A stretch of 64,000 nucleotides of DNA from Zancudomyces culisetae HAW-14-8. Lineage: Eukaryota > Fungi > Kickxellomycota. Position 1 is the stretch's first letter. The number at the start of each line of letters is the position of its first letter. Positions 1 to 12,436 of the stretch are shown piece by piece. Position numbers and translations under genes: made by a program. Location: positions 2,170,001 to 2,234,000 of the forward strand of contig JBNJNM010000011.1 in NCBI GenBank assembly GCA_052426225.1, read 5' to 3'. The notes beneath the pieces were generated by a model. That model saw only the letters and a program-made list of their open reading frames with translations, was not told the origin of the DNA and made no database searches.

Positions 1-2544
1 CTTTCTAAAAGCGCCAACAAGTTTACTGCGCTCTGGATTTCACTGACTGGACTTGCCTATGTAGTATTTGTTTTGACAGTTGTCAAAAAGATATACGTAA
101 GCTATCTAAAACGGCATGGATATTTGGGTGGTAGAGATCCAACACCACATGTTGTGTTTATAACCTTTACTATGGTTTTCTTATCGGCGTGGTTTACAGA
201 TATTTTAGGGATTCACGCAATATTTGGAGGTTATATTATTGGAATCATTGTTCCACACTCGAATGGATTTGCCATTAAGCTAACTGAAAAAATCGAGGAC
301 CTGGTCAGTATTTTTTTCCTACCAATATACTTTGCACTTTCAGGGCTGAAAACGGATCTTGGCAGTATCGACGGAATTTTAAATTGGCTGTTATTGGTGC
401 TAATAGTGGTTGTTGCATTTTTAGGAAAGGTCGTTGGTTGCTTTGGAGCGGCCAGGTTAGTGAAATTGGATAAAAGGGAATCGTTGACAATAGGAGTGTT
501 GATGAGTTGCAAAGGGTTGGTGGAGTTAATTGTTCTAAATATTGGCTTGGAAGCAAAGCTGATTAATGAGCAGGTATTTTCAATTCTTGTGTTTACAGCG
601 CTTGTACTAACTGTCGTAACAACACCTATTGTGAAATTCATTTATCCAAAATCCCGCCAAAAGTATGCACCATCTATTTCAAGTGAGCAACCAAACAAAG
701 ATTTAGAGTTAAACACCTTACAGACTGCAAATTTCAATCAAGATTGGAGCTATTTACAAATACTTATAGTCTTAAACAAGATGCAGCAAATCCCTTCTGT
801 AATAACACTAGTTAATATCTTGAACCGAAAACGAAAAGAAAACTTGCGGAGGAGTAGTGGTGTGAGCAATAAATTAGTAAATGACAAGGAGAGCGGAGTT
901 TTAAAGTTTATAAAGCTATCAGTTTTACGGCTTGTCGAATTGACAGGTAGAGACTCTTCAATAATGTTGAAGATTGAAAAAGAAGACATGGAAAAGATCG
1001 ATCCTGTGTTATCTACTTTTAGAGCATACACACGCACAGCCAATCTAAAATCGACATTCGACCTTGCGATAAACCGACCAGAGATGCACGGCGAGAAGGT
1101 AGCTGAGCAGGCAAATGTTGATAGGGCAGATCTGTTGATGTTATCAGCATTTGGAGTTACGCAGAGCTTAGATGCTCAACAAAGCGGAAAAAGAGATGGT
1201 TTTTTTGAGGAGGTCAGCCCCGTAGGGTTTTCAATTCAGTATGACTCTGTACTAGTTGATAAAGCAATAAAGTCAACAACTACGAATGTGGCAGTATTTA
1301 TCAATAGAGGGTTAGCTAGCGAAGATGTTGGGGAAGAATCTTTTGGGCTACTTGATCCAGAAAAAGAGGCGAGGATACGTACTATGTTAAGTAATTCAGA
1401 TCTCTTGGAAACTAAGGAGAACAATCTAAACAGCCTTAAAGAGATAAACAAAAATCTGTTTAAGGGTGTTGATTTGAGTCTACCAATAGTGTTGCTTCCA
1501 TTTTTTGGAGGAAAGGATGATCGACTTGCATTAAGCACGCTAGTACAGCTATGCGGCAACTCCAATGTAAATGTTTTAGTGGTTCATTTTCTGTGTACAG
1601 CTCAATCTACTATCCAAGTTCTTTCCACAGGCTCCAGTTCTAAGAATCCCGAGCCCTTTCATCCAACAACAGATATACATGGAAATGGAGGGGAGGGCGT
1701 GGAGTCGCAGAGTGCTAGGTTGGGTACTGAGGGGGGCGAGTACTCTAGATTTTATTCCACTTCACCTATGGTATCTGTTAATCACGAAAAAAAGTTAGTG
1801 TGTAGAAAATCGGATGTAGACTTACTCGAATCACTTTTGGAAGTAGAGGTTCAAAACCACTTTTCAAATGAAACACTAGAGGGTGCATCGCTGTTTGGAC
1901 GGTTGGATACTTCAAATAATACAAGTAATGGCGATGAATCCAGAAATCCGAATAAAAATAGGAGCGTTACACAACTGTTATCCCGAATACCGCAAACTCT
2001 CGGCTCAATGTATGACACGCTCAAACCAAAAGCCACCAATCCTGAGGAGCTGCCTACAACACATCAGGATGTCGAAGAGAAAAAATGTGAATTGCCACCC
2101 CTAAACTTTTCTAATCTAGCCGGCAATGGTAGTGATGATGGTGGTGTTGGTGGTAGCTTGGTGGCTGTCCCGCTAGAAACAGCCTACAACAATGTAAAGT
2201 ATGTAAAATACACAACAAATAATCCAATGAAGATGTTACTAGCCCATATTCTATGCATGAGGAAGTGTGATATCGTAGTGTGTGGTCGTAATCACGGTAG
2301 CATCTTGAGCGAATCTGCATTCAAAAACCTGATAGCACTTATATTCAATGGCGCGGAGGGCCCTGACCGGAATAGTCTACATAGTTTGCAGAGAGATGAA
2401 GCCGTACTTAGAAGCATACTGAGCCTGACGAATGAGGAGCGGCGGAGATCTATTGGAGATTTGTCTGAGGCGCTGATCATTTGTGGAAGCAATCCTAGCA
2501 TATTGGTAATGGATGCTCATGCTGATGGAGCAACAGATATATAA
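1..2544 (+). CDS. KHA1: K+/H+ antiporter (CPA2/KHA1-like), 5'-truncated by the window edge
   Basis: Frame 1 is open from base 1. CPA2 motifs GIHAIFGGY, LPIYFALSGL and GVLMSCKGLVELIVLNIG; C-terminal CHX/KHA-type tail with PFFGGKDDRLAL. Confidence 0.9.
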   Translation, partial: LSKSANKFTALWISLTGLAYVVFVLTVVKKIYVSYLKRHGYLGGRDPTPHVVFITFTMVFLSAWFTDILGIHAIFGGYIIGIIVPHSNGFAIKLTEKIEDLVSIFFLPIYFALSGLKTDLGSIDGILNWLLLVLIVVVAFLGKVVGCFGAARLVKLDKRESLTIGVLMSCKGLVELIVLNIGLEAKLINEQVFSILVFTALVLTVVTTPIVKFIYPKSRQKYAPSISSEQPNKDLELNTLQTANFNQDWSYLQILIVLNKMQQIPSVITLVNILNRKRKENLRRSSGVSNKLVNDKESGVLKFIKLSVLRLVELTGRDSSIMLKIEKEDMEKIDPVLSTFRAYTRTANLKSTFDLAINRPEMHGEKVAEQANVDRADLLMLSAFGVTQSLDAQQSGKRDGFFEEVSPVGFSIQYDSVLVDKAIKSTTTNVAVFINRGLASEDVGEESFGLLDPEKEARIRTMLSNSDLLETKENNLNSLKEINKNLFKGVDLSLPIVLLPFFGGKDDRLALSTLVQLCGNSNVNVLVVHFLCTAQSTIQVLSTGSSSKNPEPFHPTTDIHGNGGEGVESQSARLGTEGGEYSRFYSTSPMVSVNHEKKLVCRKSDVDLLESLLEVEVQNHFSNETLEGASLFGRLDTSNNTSNGDESRNPNKNRSVTQLLSRIPQTLGSMYDTLKPKATNPEELPTTHQDVEEKKCELPPLNFSNLAGNGSDDGGVGGSLVAVPLETAYNNVKYVKYTTNNPMKMLLAHILCMRKCDIVVCGRNHGSILSESAFKNLIALIFNGAEGPDRNSLHSLQRDEAVLRSILSLTNEERRRSIGDLSEALIICGSNPSILVMDAHADGATDI

Positions 2545-2891
2545 CGTAGGCTGTAGGATGTATAAACATTTGTTAGTATCTTTTTTTTTTTTGCAGATTC
2601 AGAGGCTGAATGTTGAATAGTTTTTTGATTTGCCACAAGCACATTCGTTATTTGCCGATTTAGCGCGTTTATAGTTTTTTGTAGGGACATAGTTTTTTTA
2701 ATAAACAACATTAGGGCAATATAACAACATGGCTGACCAATAATAGCATGTTCATTTTCTAGCAAAATTTCAGAGATAAAAATATTTCTATGGCAATAAA
2801 GATTGCAAGTTTCCTGAATGGTATTTTTTTTTGTAATATTTAAAACCCACTTACACAAGACCTAGGGACAAGTCAGAGATACTATTAAAAA

Positions 2892-3767
2892 ATGAACAAC
2901 ACAAGTGTGGCCGAATCAAATGAATTAATAAGAGAAATCAGTTCCAATCTTGTTCATTCAAATACAGATCTGTTCATTAGCCTGAATTTAAAAGATGTCG
3001 AGGTCTTCTCTAAAAACACCGAAAAAAGCAGGGATATTCAAAGAACGCTTGAGGGTAATTCATTTTCCATTTTCCATTTCCCATGTTGATATCCTTTTGT
3101 ATAGTTTTTTTTGCCCAACTTCATGTGATTTACCATGTGATTCTATAAAAATTTGCAGAGTGCTCGGAGGAAAGAGACCTTACAAAGCTGAAATTAGATA
3201 AACTAAATGAAAAGGCTATTGGGTCGAATCATTTGGATATACTGTCAAAGTTAAACAAAGACGATGCAGATTTGGATGCCACTTTAAAGAGTATTGAACG
3301 TGAGATAAGATGAGTGTTCAATATTTGATATTTGATATTTGATATATATGTCTGCGTTTATAATGCCAGAAAAAACTAATTACTTTACCCCAACACTTCA
3401 ATGAAGACAAAGAAATCCGAATATGAGAATTTAATCAAAGAAGTCGAGTTAAAGAGCGCTGCACCGATCGAACAATCTCCAGATATGTAAGTCTTATACC
3501 GTTCATCAAACTGGGTTAAATAACTGTCTAGAACCAAGTGTTTTTAGTGACCTTTTAATCTATCAAGCTTTAAACTGTTCAATATGTAGGCTGAAAATAC
3601 AGCTTTTAAGAGGACTGGGAGCCGAACTTTTGTATAATGATGAAGAACCCTTCTCAAATAAGCTATTGCTCAAGTCGGACTCAAGAAACGAAGTCAAGGT
3701 CATCGATATTGATTCTTCTCAGCGGGATATCTATGAAACTACTCAGGATTTTTGGGCCTTCGTATGA
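2892..3767 (+). CDS. SPC24: Kinetochore Ndc80-complex subunit Spc24 (4 exons: 2892-3054, 3159-3299, approx. 3407/3441-3486, 3590-3767)
   Basis: Spliced product has a coiled-coil N-terminal half. Last exon reads MLKIQLLRGLGAELLY...KLLLKSDSRNEVKVIDID...YETTQDFWAFV*, matching the Spc24 RWD tail pattern. GT-AG introns; the exon 2/3 junction is ambiguous. Confidence 0.7.
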
Positions 3768-6671
3768 CATGTATTATACAAAAAACATTTTACCTATCTA
3801 TTGAAACCAGCCAATTTACTCTTTTCGTCGAGATGATTTTTCCTTTAGCTTTTTTTTTCACCAGAAGCAGGCGTTGTTCCCAGCGATTTTTTGAGACGCC
3901 CATCATGACATCGTTTAGATGCTATTCGCCTCGACACGTGTAAAAAGAATAGTAAATGGATTGTCCTGTTTTGGTTGTCGGATATATCGCACAATGCACA
4001 AACAGCAGAAACCTGGAAATCATTACTGAGGAAACTTGATCACATGTATTCCATTTAAGTTTGTTAAATAATTGCTTTTTTTCTATAATATTTTCAAATA
4101 TACTTCGGAGGAACGAGTAACAAATATAACAACACCAACAGGTACCCTTTCCTTGCGTAACAATGGTGGGTACTATTGTATGAATACTAGATGGTTAGGG
4201 GCTTTTCCGTTTATTATTTGATAGAGAACCATCCGATACAAAAGCAAAATGGATATATAATACACCCTTTATAAACAGCTGGGAACCAATAGAGTGTAAA
4301 GCGGGCTTACACCGCATTCCGGTTTGTAGGTCTAGATAATTTTCTTTTATGAAAAAGTTCACAACACAAAGCTATCCATAATAAAAAAAGGAGAATGGTA
4401 CGGTTTTATGAAGTATTTATATTGTTCTGATTGTTATTCATAGTATCATGTTGGAGTTTCATGTACTCGTATATAGCTTTGTACTTTCATACACACTTTC
4501 TGCTGTATGTTGCGGAGGTGACCCCATTTTCGTATGTATATATTTCATGAATTACTAGACCAAAAACAATAAAGCTCGAATTATTTTAGCACTTGGGATT
4601 TGGCGGCCGAATGGTAACGTGTTAGCTGTTACCTAGTTAAACACTGTTATGTATTTGCGGTAACAAAAAAAGCAAACTCAACCACAAGTTGAAATGAATA
4701 CAGCCTTTTTGAGGCTAGTTTATTATTCACACATTTACTCTGTGAAAGATTTACAAATAAACCCCCCCCTCCCCCTGACTTGTCATTATTCGGCTTTTAT
4801 TCTGTTGTCTCCTAATTTCTTTTGTAGTACATGTAAAATAAAGCAATTTGAGTGAATGGAGCTTAAATTTTATGAACAATTGGATATAATAAGCAAAGTG
4901 TCGAGCTTTTTGGGGGAAACTTATGGATGTACCCAAAATCAATAGACACACATCACTGGTCACAGCGAATAGAGAGCTCATTTTAAGGAATAGATGCTCA
5001 TCAGAAAACGTGAGGACAAAGGAAAATATAATGATAAAGATAGAAATTATAGTGGTGGTGGAGATGAAAGGCTCATAGATAGAATGCTGAGTGGTCTGGG
5101 TAAGAGATGCATTTTTTTTGATACCTCATGTCGTCAAAATAAAGACTTTTCTATAGAAAAGCGTATGAATTATAAAGACTACTCGAAAAACACTAATAGA
5201 AGAAATGTACACACAAAATGATGTAAAGTTTTGCTGGTATACAGTATACTCAGAGCTCTGAGGTGATAAATTGCCCTGTGGAAAAAGTATGTTTTTTTTT
5301 GGGAAAGTATAAAGTGCCACTATGTCTAGAAGCCAACAGGTGTGGGTGATATACTTGCATCATTTTCCTTTTAGTAAAAAAAAAAAGGTTTATCAAAAAG
5401 CAGCACGAGTTAATCCGATATTTGTATTCAAATATAGCGTTGGTTTCTGGATACTATGCACAATAAAGGGTGTTCAAGAAAGCTATACTTGTGCTGGTAA
5501 ACTTGAAAAAAGGAAAGGAAAAATACGAAACGGGTGTGGTACCACTTTTATTCTCTTCAAAAAAAATCAAAAAGACCCCCCCCCCCTCCTCTACTAACTT
5601 TTCTTGCTGATTAAGTCTAGCATTAAACTGTTGGTCAGATGATGAAAATGGTTGAGCCGTACAGCAATTACTTTTTATTGGAAGATCCAAAGGTACTATT
5701 ACATACTAGTATTGTTTATACAGGTGTTTATATTCAAATAAAATGAGAACCTAAGATATAAGGAGTCACGACATAGATTAAAATTCATTTGAGAATATGG
5801 TAATTCCCTAGTAGCCCATCAGGCCTTGTTTCTATGTTTTTTTTTACATGTATTTAAGCGTAAAAAAACATTAGTATCAAGGGTGAATTGTGAAATGATG
5901 TGCATACCAGGAAGAGAAAACCTAAATGCGCCTAATTAAGGCGGTGGAAAGGTATTGTGTATGTTAGAAGAGGATAAATTTTATGAGCACAAAGAGAACC
6001 ACAAGATTCACAATTGTTATGAGGTTACCTGGTGTATTATTTCAAGGTCAATCAGCAGTTTTCAAAATAGTGATTTTTCTATCAATTTGAAGATAATGGG
6101 TATTTGTGCTTTTGAATAAAAAAAATTAGATGAGAATTTAGGGTCAATAATGTATTTTATATCCATTATACAAGCAGGCAGGCATTTGGCCGTATAAAAA
6201 AAAAATACCATAGAGCGCATTTAAAGTAGGTCTGTCTTTTTTATTAGTACAAAAGCATGTGTTGAAAAATTAAATATGTTTATATGTAGTGGATAGCGCA
6301 TTTAGCTGTAATATGTATTAGTGTTCTTTTAAAATATCGTACGACATTAGCTGTTAAGAACAATTAAATATTGCTGGCACTATATTTGTTATTAGTATAT
6401 ATATTGAATAATATATCTCTAGATACTAACAGTCTGATAGTAGATATATTTAGGTATATAAATAGAATAAGTATAGTTTTATGTAATTGTAGGCGCTATA
6501 ACCGAGAAATAATATTCTTGTTTACCCTTCTTTGAGTAGATTAATTGAAATATTAGCATTACTATAATCAGCCAATGCTAGTATATTCGAGTATATAACG
6601 CATAGCTCTATATCATCACAACCTTGACAAAGATCAAATGCAATAAAGCAACGTCAAAAGAAAAGTATACA

Positions 6672-7961
6672 ATGAAGATGAATTTAAAAAAAAGATTGGT
6701 CTTGGAATTACTAAACCTGTTCAACCTGGCAAACTCTCAGGACCCCAACACACCATGCTCAAGACTAACTGTGAGAAAAGAAATCAGAGATGTCAGCCCC
6801 GATGAATGGAACATGATAAAGAGAGTTGTAGTAAGGCTGCAGGAAAATGGGTATATTGAAAAGTACGCAAGAGCACATACTGATATCTTCGACTATTACC
6901 ACGGGGGCGCCTTTTTTTTGCCATACCACAGAATGTTAACCAGAAGATTTGAACAGGATGGGCAACAGTTTGACTCGAACTTTTTTGTTCCTTACTGGGA
7001 TGCAGCCAGGGATTTCAGTAATCCGGTGAGTAGTATACTATTTACTGATGACTATATTGGAAGAGACGGTGACCCATCGAGGGGCGACTGTGTCCAAGCT
7101 GGATTTATGAAGGATATGCAGTTTTCTTATCCTTATAACCATTGCCTAAAAAGAAAATTGAATGGACCAGGAAGCACAATAAACTCATGGTATCCTCCCG
7201 AGGTAATCACTTCAATGATGCAGACGTCAAGAAACTATGAGAGCCTTAGAAACTCACTCGAATATACCCTTCATGGAGCAGTACATCTTGGTTTAGGCGG
7301 TGAAATGATCAGTAAGGAGTCACCAAACGACTTTGCATTCTACCTTCACCACTCAAACATGGACAGAATCTGGTGGAAGTGGCAGAATATGGATCCAAAA
7401 AACTTGATGGACTATGGGGGCTCAAATCCTGCTGGTCAACCAAACGGGTCCCTTAACGATATGATGCGTGGATTCGATAGGAGAGTAGGAGATGTCATGA
7501 GGGTTGGTTATGGAGAAATGTGTTACACCTACCCTGATGTAGTGCCGCTTGAAAGAATAAGATCACTTTTCGATACTAAAAATGACACTATTAGCAGTGG
7601 TAGTTCAGTTCAAAAGAGAACATATGGTGAAGAGAACGTAGAAAAATTGAGATCACTCAACATTGAAGCTCTGAGGTCGATCTTTCCAAAGCTTTTGACA
7701 AATGAAACCAATCCAAACATGTTTGACCTTCCCCCCGCAAATAGTGCCTTAAGTAGAGCTGCATGTATCTCATCCAACTCTGAGGATTGTAGTGACGAGG
7801 ATGGCAATACAAACAAAAAAATGCCTCTTCCATTTCCTCCAACAGAGATGTTTATAAAAATGCACAAGCTTGATCGCAGTGTGGTAATGGACACCTTTGA
7901 AAAATACAGAAAAGTTGTAGTCCAACTGAATGAGGCAGGGTATGTATCACCATACCTCTGA
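6672..7961 (+). CDS. Tyrosinase-family di-copper protein, probably secreted
   Basis: CuA motif H..IF...HGGAFFLPYHR, PYWD, CuB motif HGAVH...SPNDFAFYLHHSNMDRIW. First ATG at 6672 gives a weak signal-peptide-like N-terminus. Intronless. Confidence 0.9.
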   Translation: MKMNLKKRLVLELLNLFNLANSQDPNTPCSRLTVRKEIRDVSPDEWNMIKRVVVRLQENGYIEKYARAHTDIFDYYHGGAFFLPYHRMLTRRFEQDGQQFDSNFFVPYWDAARDFSNPVSSILFTDDYIGRDGDPSRGDCVQAGFMKDMQFSYPYNHCLKRKLNGPGSTINSWYPPEVITSMMQTSRNYESLRNSLEYTLHGAVHLGLGGEMISKESPNDFAFYLHHSNMDRIWWKWQNMDPKNLMDYGGSNPAGQPNGSLNDMMRGFDRRVGDVMRVGYGEMCYTYPDVVPLERIRSLFDTKNDTISSGSSVQKRTYGEENVEKLRSLNIEALRSIFPKLLTNETNPNMFDLPPANSALSRAACISSNSEDCSDEDGNTNKKMPLPFPPTEMFIKMHKLDRSVVMDTFEKYRKVVVQLNEAGYVSPYL

Positions 7962-8430
7962 TCCACCAATTTCATTTTATCGTAATAGATCTTTTTTCTA
8001 ACGCAATCGCACCGCGGTGGTGCAAGAATGACGCATATTTCATAATATCAAACAACCATTTACCTTGGGGCACAATTGAAAATTTAAAATATTAATTGAA
8101 GACTGATGTTTAAAGTTTAGAACAAAGTCATTACGTATTTTTTTTAGCCCATATTCACTCTATTTATTGATATACTAATTTGATCTAGTTTAGCCGGGTT
8201 TCTTTTCTGTTATTCTAGTTTTTTCATTTTATTAAAATAAAAAAAAACAAAATACGAAAAATGGTATATATTTATACAGAACAAATTCCAAATACGTGGT
8301 AACAGTCAAATGTCAAACCATTGTCAAGGATTTGTTTATGTCCCGACCGCCACTAACAAGAGATGAATGCAGTTTCAAGTGAGTCTAAGAAAAAAAAACA
8401 ACAAAGAAATAAACGAAGAGGACAGACAAA

Positions 8431-9987
8431 TCAGTGGTGCTGCTCGTTTTCCGAGTCAAATGCCATCGAAATACCAAATAAGCAGTCGTTTTCAAGAAAG
8501 GGTGCTAGGTGTTCTATCGTTGACATGGTGCTGATGAGATTGCTAGAGGGAGTTGTTGTACAATGCCGAGAAAGTTTGAGATGATTTTGTAACTGTTTAT
8601 CCTTTTCAAAAATCTCCCCACAGTTAAAGCAACTCTTGTCCGCTGTTTTGGAGCGTGTGTAGTTCACGAATGAAACAGTTTTGTAAAAATCAGCATCGAT
8701 CTCCTTCAAAAACCCTAGAAGGTCAAATGAATATTCAGATTTCATGTATTCGATGCAACTATCGATAGAGGAAAGTGCTTTCGAATCAAACAAGCTGTAG
8801 CACTGAAGCTCTGTATCGTCCACCCAATCCTCCCATTCATTTTCAGCGCCGTTGTCGCCTTCGCCTTCGCTTTCGCAAATCGCAGTTTCTAAAACCTTAC
8901 ATCCTGTACCTTGCTCTGAATAGTTGATTAAATAAAATTGATCATAAATACGGTTTTCGGCACTTATTTTAAAGTGTTTTTTCTTCCTCATGTGTTTTCG
9001 TAAAGTCATATTTGAAGTAAAATGTTTTTCACAATATAGGCACTGCAAATTGAACAGTTTCTCCTCAAGTATATCAAGAAACCGAGTAGTATAAACAAGG
9101 TTGTCCAACAACCCTATGTTAAAACCATGTATTCTAAACATGTGTGCAAAAAGATCATGTCTATTTCTAACCTCCTCCTTGCAGAACAAACATCTTCTGG
9201 GTATATTGTACTCCGTTTCTCTCTCAATAATTTGATGCTTTAGCACCATTTCTAATTTATCTCGACGTATTCTCGTTCGCAGCCGAGAATCGGATTCATC
9301 GATGCTTGGGTCGATCGTATTAAAATTATTCGTAGATATTTTCCCGTCATTCCCCTGTATTTCTGCAGGATCGTTTGTAGATTGATGTAAGTCAAAGACC
9401 AATCCCTCTGTTGTAGCCTTATCTCGCCTTTCCTCAAAGATCTTTACATATTCATCCAAGTATTCTTGCAAAAAAAAAAGATTTTGATCCAATTTTCGAA
9501 AAATTATGTTATGCACGGCTTGTAAATGGTGCTCTAGAGCATCAAGAGTCGAAAAGTGTAAAGAACATATGTCATTCTTTGAATTCTGTAACTTTTGTCC
9601 GTTTCCACATGGAAAATTACAAAAAACCGATACTGGGATCTGACTAAACTTGATCTTACTTGTGTTTATTTGTTGTTCAGGCTCGCCGTCCTCATCCGAA
9701 TCAACCAGATGATTTTCTTGGTTTGGGGTTCTAAAACTGTCTTTGGCAACCTTTGTAAGCAATTTTACCTCTTTTCTGCCCGTTTGAGCAAGATTATAGC
9801 CATCCTCCAAAAGTAGCTCATTTTCGAGATGCTCAAATCTGTTCTGCACATCCAAAGCCCCTTTTGACCTTTCTTGATGTCTAAATTGTGTAGAAGTTTC
9901 TGGATTGGATCCCGATACCTGTTTTTCAGATGCGAAACGTGCTTTTGTTGTCTTGAAGTGATTTACGTTTCTTTTTTCTGATGCCAT
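8431..9987 (-). CDS. ZNF277-like multi-C2H2 zinc-finger protein
   Basis: CLFC...HMFRIHGFNIGLLDNLV, CLYCEKHF...LRKHMRKKKH...YDQFYLINY, EWEDW, and DFYKTVSFVNYTR are the ZNF277 family layout. Confidence 0.85.
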   Translation of the reverse strand: MASEKRNVNHFKTTKARFASEKQVSGSNPETSTQFRHQERSKGALDVQNRFEHLENELLLEDGYNLAQTGRKEVKLLTKVAKDSFRTPNQENHLVDSDEDGEPEQQINTSKIKFSQIPVSVFCNFPCGNGQKLQNSKNDICSLHFSTLDALEHHLQAVHNIIFRKLDQNLFFLQEYLDEYVKIFEERRDKATTEGLVFDLHQSTNDPAEIQGNDGKISTNNFNTIDPSIDESDSRLRTRIRRDKLEMVLKHQIIERETEYNIPRRCLFCKEEVRNRHDLFAHMFRIHGFNIGLLDNLVYTTRFLDILEEKLFNLQCLYCEKHFTSNMTLRKHMRKKKHFKISAENRIYDQFYLINYSEQGTGCKVLETAICESEGEGDNGAENEWEDWVDDTELQCYSLFDSKALSSIDSCIEYMKSEYSFDLLGFLKEIDADFYKTVSFVNYTRSKTADKSCFNCGEIFEKDKQLQNHLKLSRHCTTTPSSNLISTMSTIEHLAPFLENDCLFGISMAFDSENEQHH

Positions 9988-10533
9988 TTTATAATCTATT
10001 ATACCTTTAGTTTCATTTTGGGGATCTTGCCTATGCTATTTTTTTTTTGAGGGGGTTATTTGGGTTTTTTGAATTTTCGGGATCTTTTTAATGCGAGTGC
10101 CAATATTATGCAATGATTCGTGCTATCTCAATTTAATCACTAAAAAAATATTTTGACCTTGCATCCCCCTAACTTTTTGTATGTTTTCCAATCAGCCTGT
10201 AGTGGTGTAGTTACCTAAAACAGCATCGCACACTGAAAAGATCAACGCGTTGTGAGAATCAAAATGAAGCTTGTATTTGCAAAAAATGAAAATAAAATTA
10301 ACGCAATCTTGAATGAAATACAAAAATTCTTGGGTTACAACGACACCATTTGCCCGTTTTCTGCACTGTTTCATAATATGATGACAAAATCTATGAAGTT
10401 TTAATAAATAGTCATTAGAATTAATCCAAATTAAATGGATATAAAGGTTGTAATATATTATTAAACTGTGAGAGATTGGCGCTAATACGACATTCACCGA
10501 GTAAAGAGCTGTATAGGAATATAGAAATCGAAA

Positions 10534-12436
10534 ATGATCAACAAAGGCTCAAGAAAAAAGCGATCCCCGATGATTTTCCTTCCAAATCAGCCCTCGTCAG
10601 CCAGTTCAAACCGAGAGCACTATCAATTTGACAATCCATCAAATGGAGGCCAGTATGAGGGTACTTTAAAGAAGCACCATACAAAAAGTTATACAAGGAA
10701 TAAATTAAGCGAACTAGACGATGAAATGCTGTTTAGTGAACTCGGCAGCCGAGCAGGGAATAGGCAAAGGGGGAATTATATATACAGACAAAGTGTTTCT
10801 ATAAAAAAGATTGCAATGATGAACTATTTAGCATTGTTTAATATACTCAAAGAAATATATTTTGAGAAGGAATCGAGGAGTATTCTTGTATTTCTCATTG
10901 TGAATCTGACATACATGTTTGTGCAGCTAATCTATGGGTATTTAAACAATTCTTTAGGTCTAGTTTCTGATGGTAAGTTAAGCAGGTTCACATTTAATTT
11001 TCTGGTAGTATCGGTATTATTGACTGTTTGATTATAATATAGCAATCCACATGTTTTTTGATTGTCTCGCATTATTTGTTGGGCTTTCGGCATCTGTTAT
11101 GTGCAAGTGGCCATCAAACAAGCGGTATACGATGGGATTTGGAAAGATTGAGGAGATTGCGGGTCTTATAAATGGAGTATTTTTGATGGTGATATCGGTA
11201 TCGATATTTCTAGAAGCAATACTTCGATTAATGCATCCACCAGAAATGGGAACATCAAAGCTTCTGGTGGTATCTGTTGGTGGGTTTATAGTGAACCTGG
11301 TAGGAATATTTTCATTCCACGAACATCATGGGCATGGGCATGGGCATAGCCATGATCATGGCCATGACCACGGACATACTCATGCTCACAACCATGGAGA
11401 TAATCATGAGCATGACCACGAACATAATCACGAACATAAATGCGAACACAGTAATAAACTTACTCGAGAACGTCTGAACCTTTCTAATAATGGGCAAACA
11501 CCAAATCCCCAAACCAATGGCTACAGTGCCTATCTTAGAAAAGAAAACTTGAACGAAATGGGCATGGATAACAGTAGTAGTAAGGTTTTCCAGGATGTTA
11601 TAGAAATACATTCGCACAACTCTCCCAGTTTTGGAGAGCACTACCATCTTGAAAATAGAAGAGCAGGAGTACATTCTTATGGAATGGCCAACGAAGCAAA
11701 CACAAAGGTAAATGGTCCAATCAGGTTAGACCAGAATGACAACATCACACACGAACACAGCTCAATGACAGAGGGCCATTTTCATAAACACGATTCGGCT
11801 CCGGATAAACATGAGCTTATTCAGAGTAGTCGTGAACATAGCTGTCATGGACATGACCATGGGCATAATCACAATCACAACCATGGCCACAGTCACAACC
11901 ATGGACATAGCCACGGGCATAATCATAATATGGAAGGTGTATTCTTGCATATTTTAGCGGATACACTGGGCAGTGTAGGTGTCATAATCTCGACATTGCT
12001 GATCAAATATTTTGGCTGGACCGGATTCGATCCAATTGCCTCAATAATAATAGCTATTCTGGTATTCAGTAGTGTTGTTCCATTAGTTCGAAATGCTTCA
12101 AAATCGATAGTTCAACACACTCCTGGACGGACTCGTGCCCAGATTGAAAACTCTATAGGAAAGCTGATTCATTCTGAGTTAGGAATATTCGAATTTTCTC
12201 GAATCCAGTTTTGGAGGACTGGAAGCGGAGACACTCTGGTTGGTACAGCGACAGCTAGGGTATATACAGCTGAGTTGAATATTCCCAACCTACCCGACTC
12301 ATTTAGCGGATTTACACCATATGACAACGCTGCTCTAGCTTCAAAAGTAGAAGAAACCCGCGCAGAAATCATCAAAGTTTTTCAAAATAATGTTGATGCT
12401 CTGCAATCGATTTGTGTTCAAATAGATTTGTTCTAA
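10534..12436 (+). CDS. CDF-family zinc transporter (ZnT7/Msc2/Cis4-like); intron 10973-11042
   Basis: Splicing joins NSLGLVSD-A-IHMFFDC (TM2 HxxxD); HNMEGVFLHILADTLGS (TM5 HxxxD); very long His-rich loop. Confidence 0.92.

Noticed and set aside
4994-5690. Short ORFs in the SPC24-tyrosinase gap
   Set aside because: No recognisable motifs, homopolymer-rich, and no coherent spliced model could be built.
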